DNA of 63,241 nucleotides, counting the filler, from Asterionella formosa (lineage: Eukaryota): the NCBI GenBank assembly GCA_002256025.1. It is 27 parts of 27 records of this genome, joined end to end, with 100 filler letters (N's around TTAATTAATTAA, not from the genome) between each part and the next. Parts side by side here need not be neighbours in the genome. Positions count along the whole stretch, not along the records: positions 62,182 to 63,241 come from NKIB01004614.1; 26 more parts are not named here. One strand, 5' to 3'. Made by a program: the position numbers and the translations under genes. Each line of letters opens with the position of its first letter. Within the stretch, counting starts at the first letter, position 1. The notes under the pieces are model-generated. The model was not told the origin of the DNA, ran no database searches, and was given only the letters and a program-made list of their open reading frames with translations. Positions 62,182-63,241 of the stretch are shown here, one piece after another.

Positions 62182-63241
62182 TTCTGGGAGCCAGTCTGGT
62201 ACCTCATGAGCAATAGAAAGTATCCGGCGAAGAGGTACCTTCGTGGACGCTTTGTGGGGATTGCCTGGACAACGGGAGACAACATGTGCTACCGCATCTG
62301 GACAGATGAGAAAGACCTCATCTCCAGAGAAATCCACCGTAGCGTGGTGCTCCCTCGGCATCCAGACGAGGAGTTTCCAAGAACCTTGGTCAAATACACA
62401 AGCGACTACTTCTTCCCAACTCCCAAATTGCCGAAGAACGGTCCAGAAGTTGTTAGTGCCAACCTCGAGGGGGGGAGGAAAAGGGTACGGGAACAGAGTA
62501 AACAACCTGACGAAGCTGACAAGAACAACGGTGGAACTCGCATAACACCGGGGCCGCGTGAGGGCAGAAGTAAACGACCGGGCAGTGGAGATCACACCAC
62601 TTATACCCCAGGTACCGGGGCGCATAAAAACGTGGACATCGCGGAAGGAACCATACCGGAGAGTACTGATGTGGGAAACCTCGGCCCGGAGGAAGCAGAA
62701 GTTCGCAAGCGATGGCTTGAAATGACAGAAGCGGAGGCAAACCGTGTCCTAGAACTATATGCACCACCTACCGAGGGGGTAGACTATGCAAATATGAAAA
62801 CTATTCTTAGTCATAAAACCACTACTAGGGACGGAGTGAAAACCACTACATTCCGAGTAAAGTACCGGTCGGGAGAAGTGATCCAGTGCGATCTCGATGA
62901 CCTGAAAATAGATGCGCCATACTCACTCGCAGTCTATCTCAGGCAGAAAAAGATCATGTCCCCTACCCTCAGGGAATGGTCTCAGAGAACGCTAGAGACC
63001 CTAGATACTTCATTGTATAGGACCAGGCTAATAGAACCAAATACTTCAATCCGGAGGCGACATGCACATGATGCTAGCGCCACAGTGGTGACCCTGACCC
63101 GATGCAACTCAGCCTTCTCCAGTCGGCGGCGGGTGAAAACCAACTCGAAGCCGGGCAGGAACAAAAGGAGACCGCATCACTCAAGTGGATGTGAAGTCAA
63201 ATATGGGGTGAAAATCCCCAGGACGGTAGGAGAAGCTATTG
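62182..63241 (+). mobile_element. Ty1/copia (CoDi-like) pol fragment between integrase and RT, with chromodomain-like segment; frame open at both ends
   Basis: Manual translation: FWEPVWY...GRFVGIAWTTGDNMCYRI...ILSHK...FRVKYRSGEVIQCDLDDLKIDAPYSLAVY...KYGVKIPRTVGEA. Confidence 0.82.

Overview
Eukaryotic nuclear DNA from a diatom, as shown by an Lhcf/FCP antenna gene, bipartite plastid-targeting presequences, a SELMA-type Derlin and CoDi-like copia elements. The window is an artificial concatenation: two ~17 kb contigs (1-17050, ~24132-41175) and about two dozen ~1.06 kb contigs joined by N44-TTAATTAATTAA-N44 spacers, so adjacency across spacers is not biological. Supported genes: two near-identical aldo-keto reductases, an intron-split AP2-like transcription factor candidate, a small basic protein, Lhcf, a Pro/Thr/Tyr/Lys-rich secreted wall-protein candidate, a PstS-like phosphate-binding protein, sDer1, a plastid S1-domain protein, a DnaJ/DnaJ-X protein, a SET-domain protein, a DUF1279 protein, partial ZnT and SUN genes, and tRNA-Ser(GCT). 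Most of the rest is TE debris (copia, gypsy, pogo-like, LINE, MITEs) and repeats. The most striking unexplained signal is an iterated palindromic motif (GGTACCW)n concentrated in intergenic DNA. All three visible host junctions of a 197-bp-LTR retroelement fall at the core of this motif (GTA-C[A/C]AGG-TAC), suggesting a sequence-targeted retrotransposon and landing-pad system. All calls were made by eye; no searches were run.
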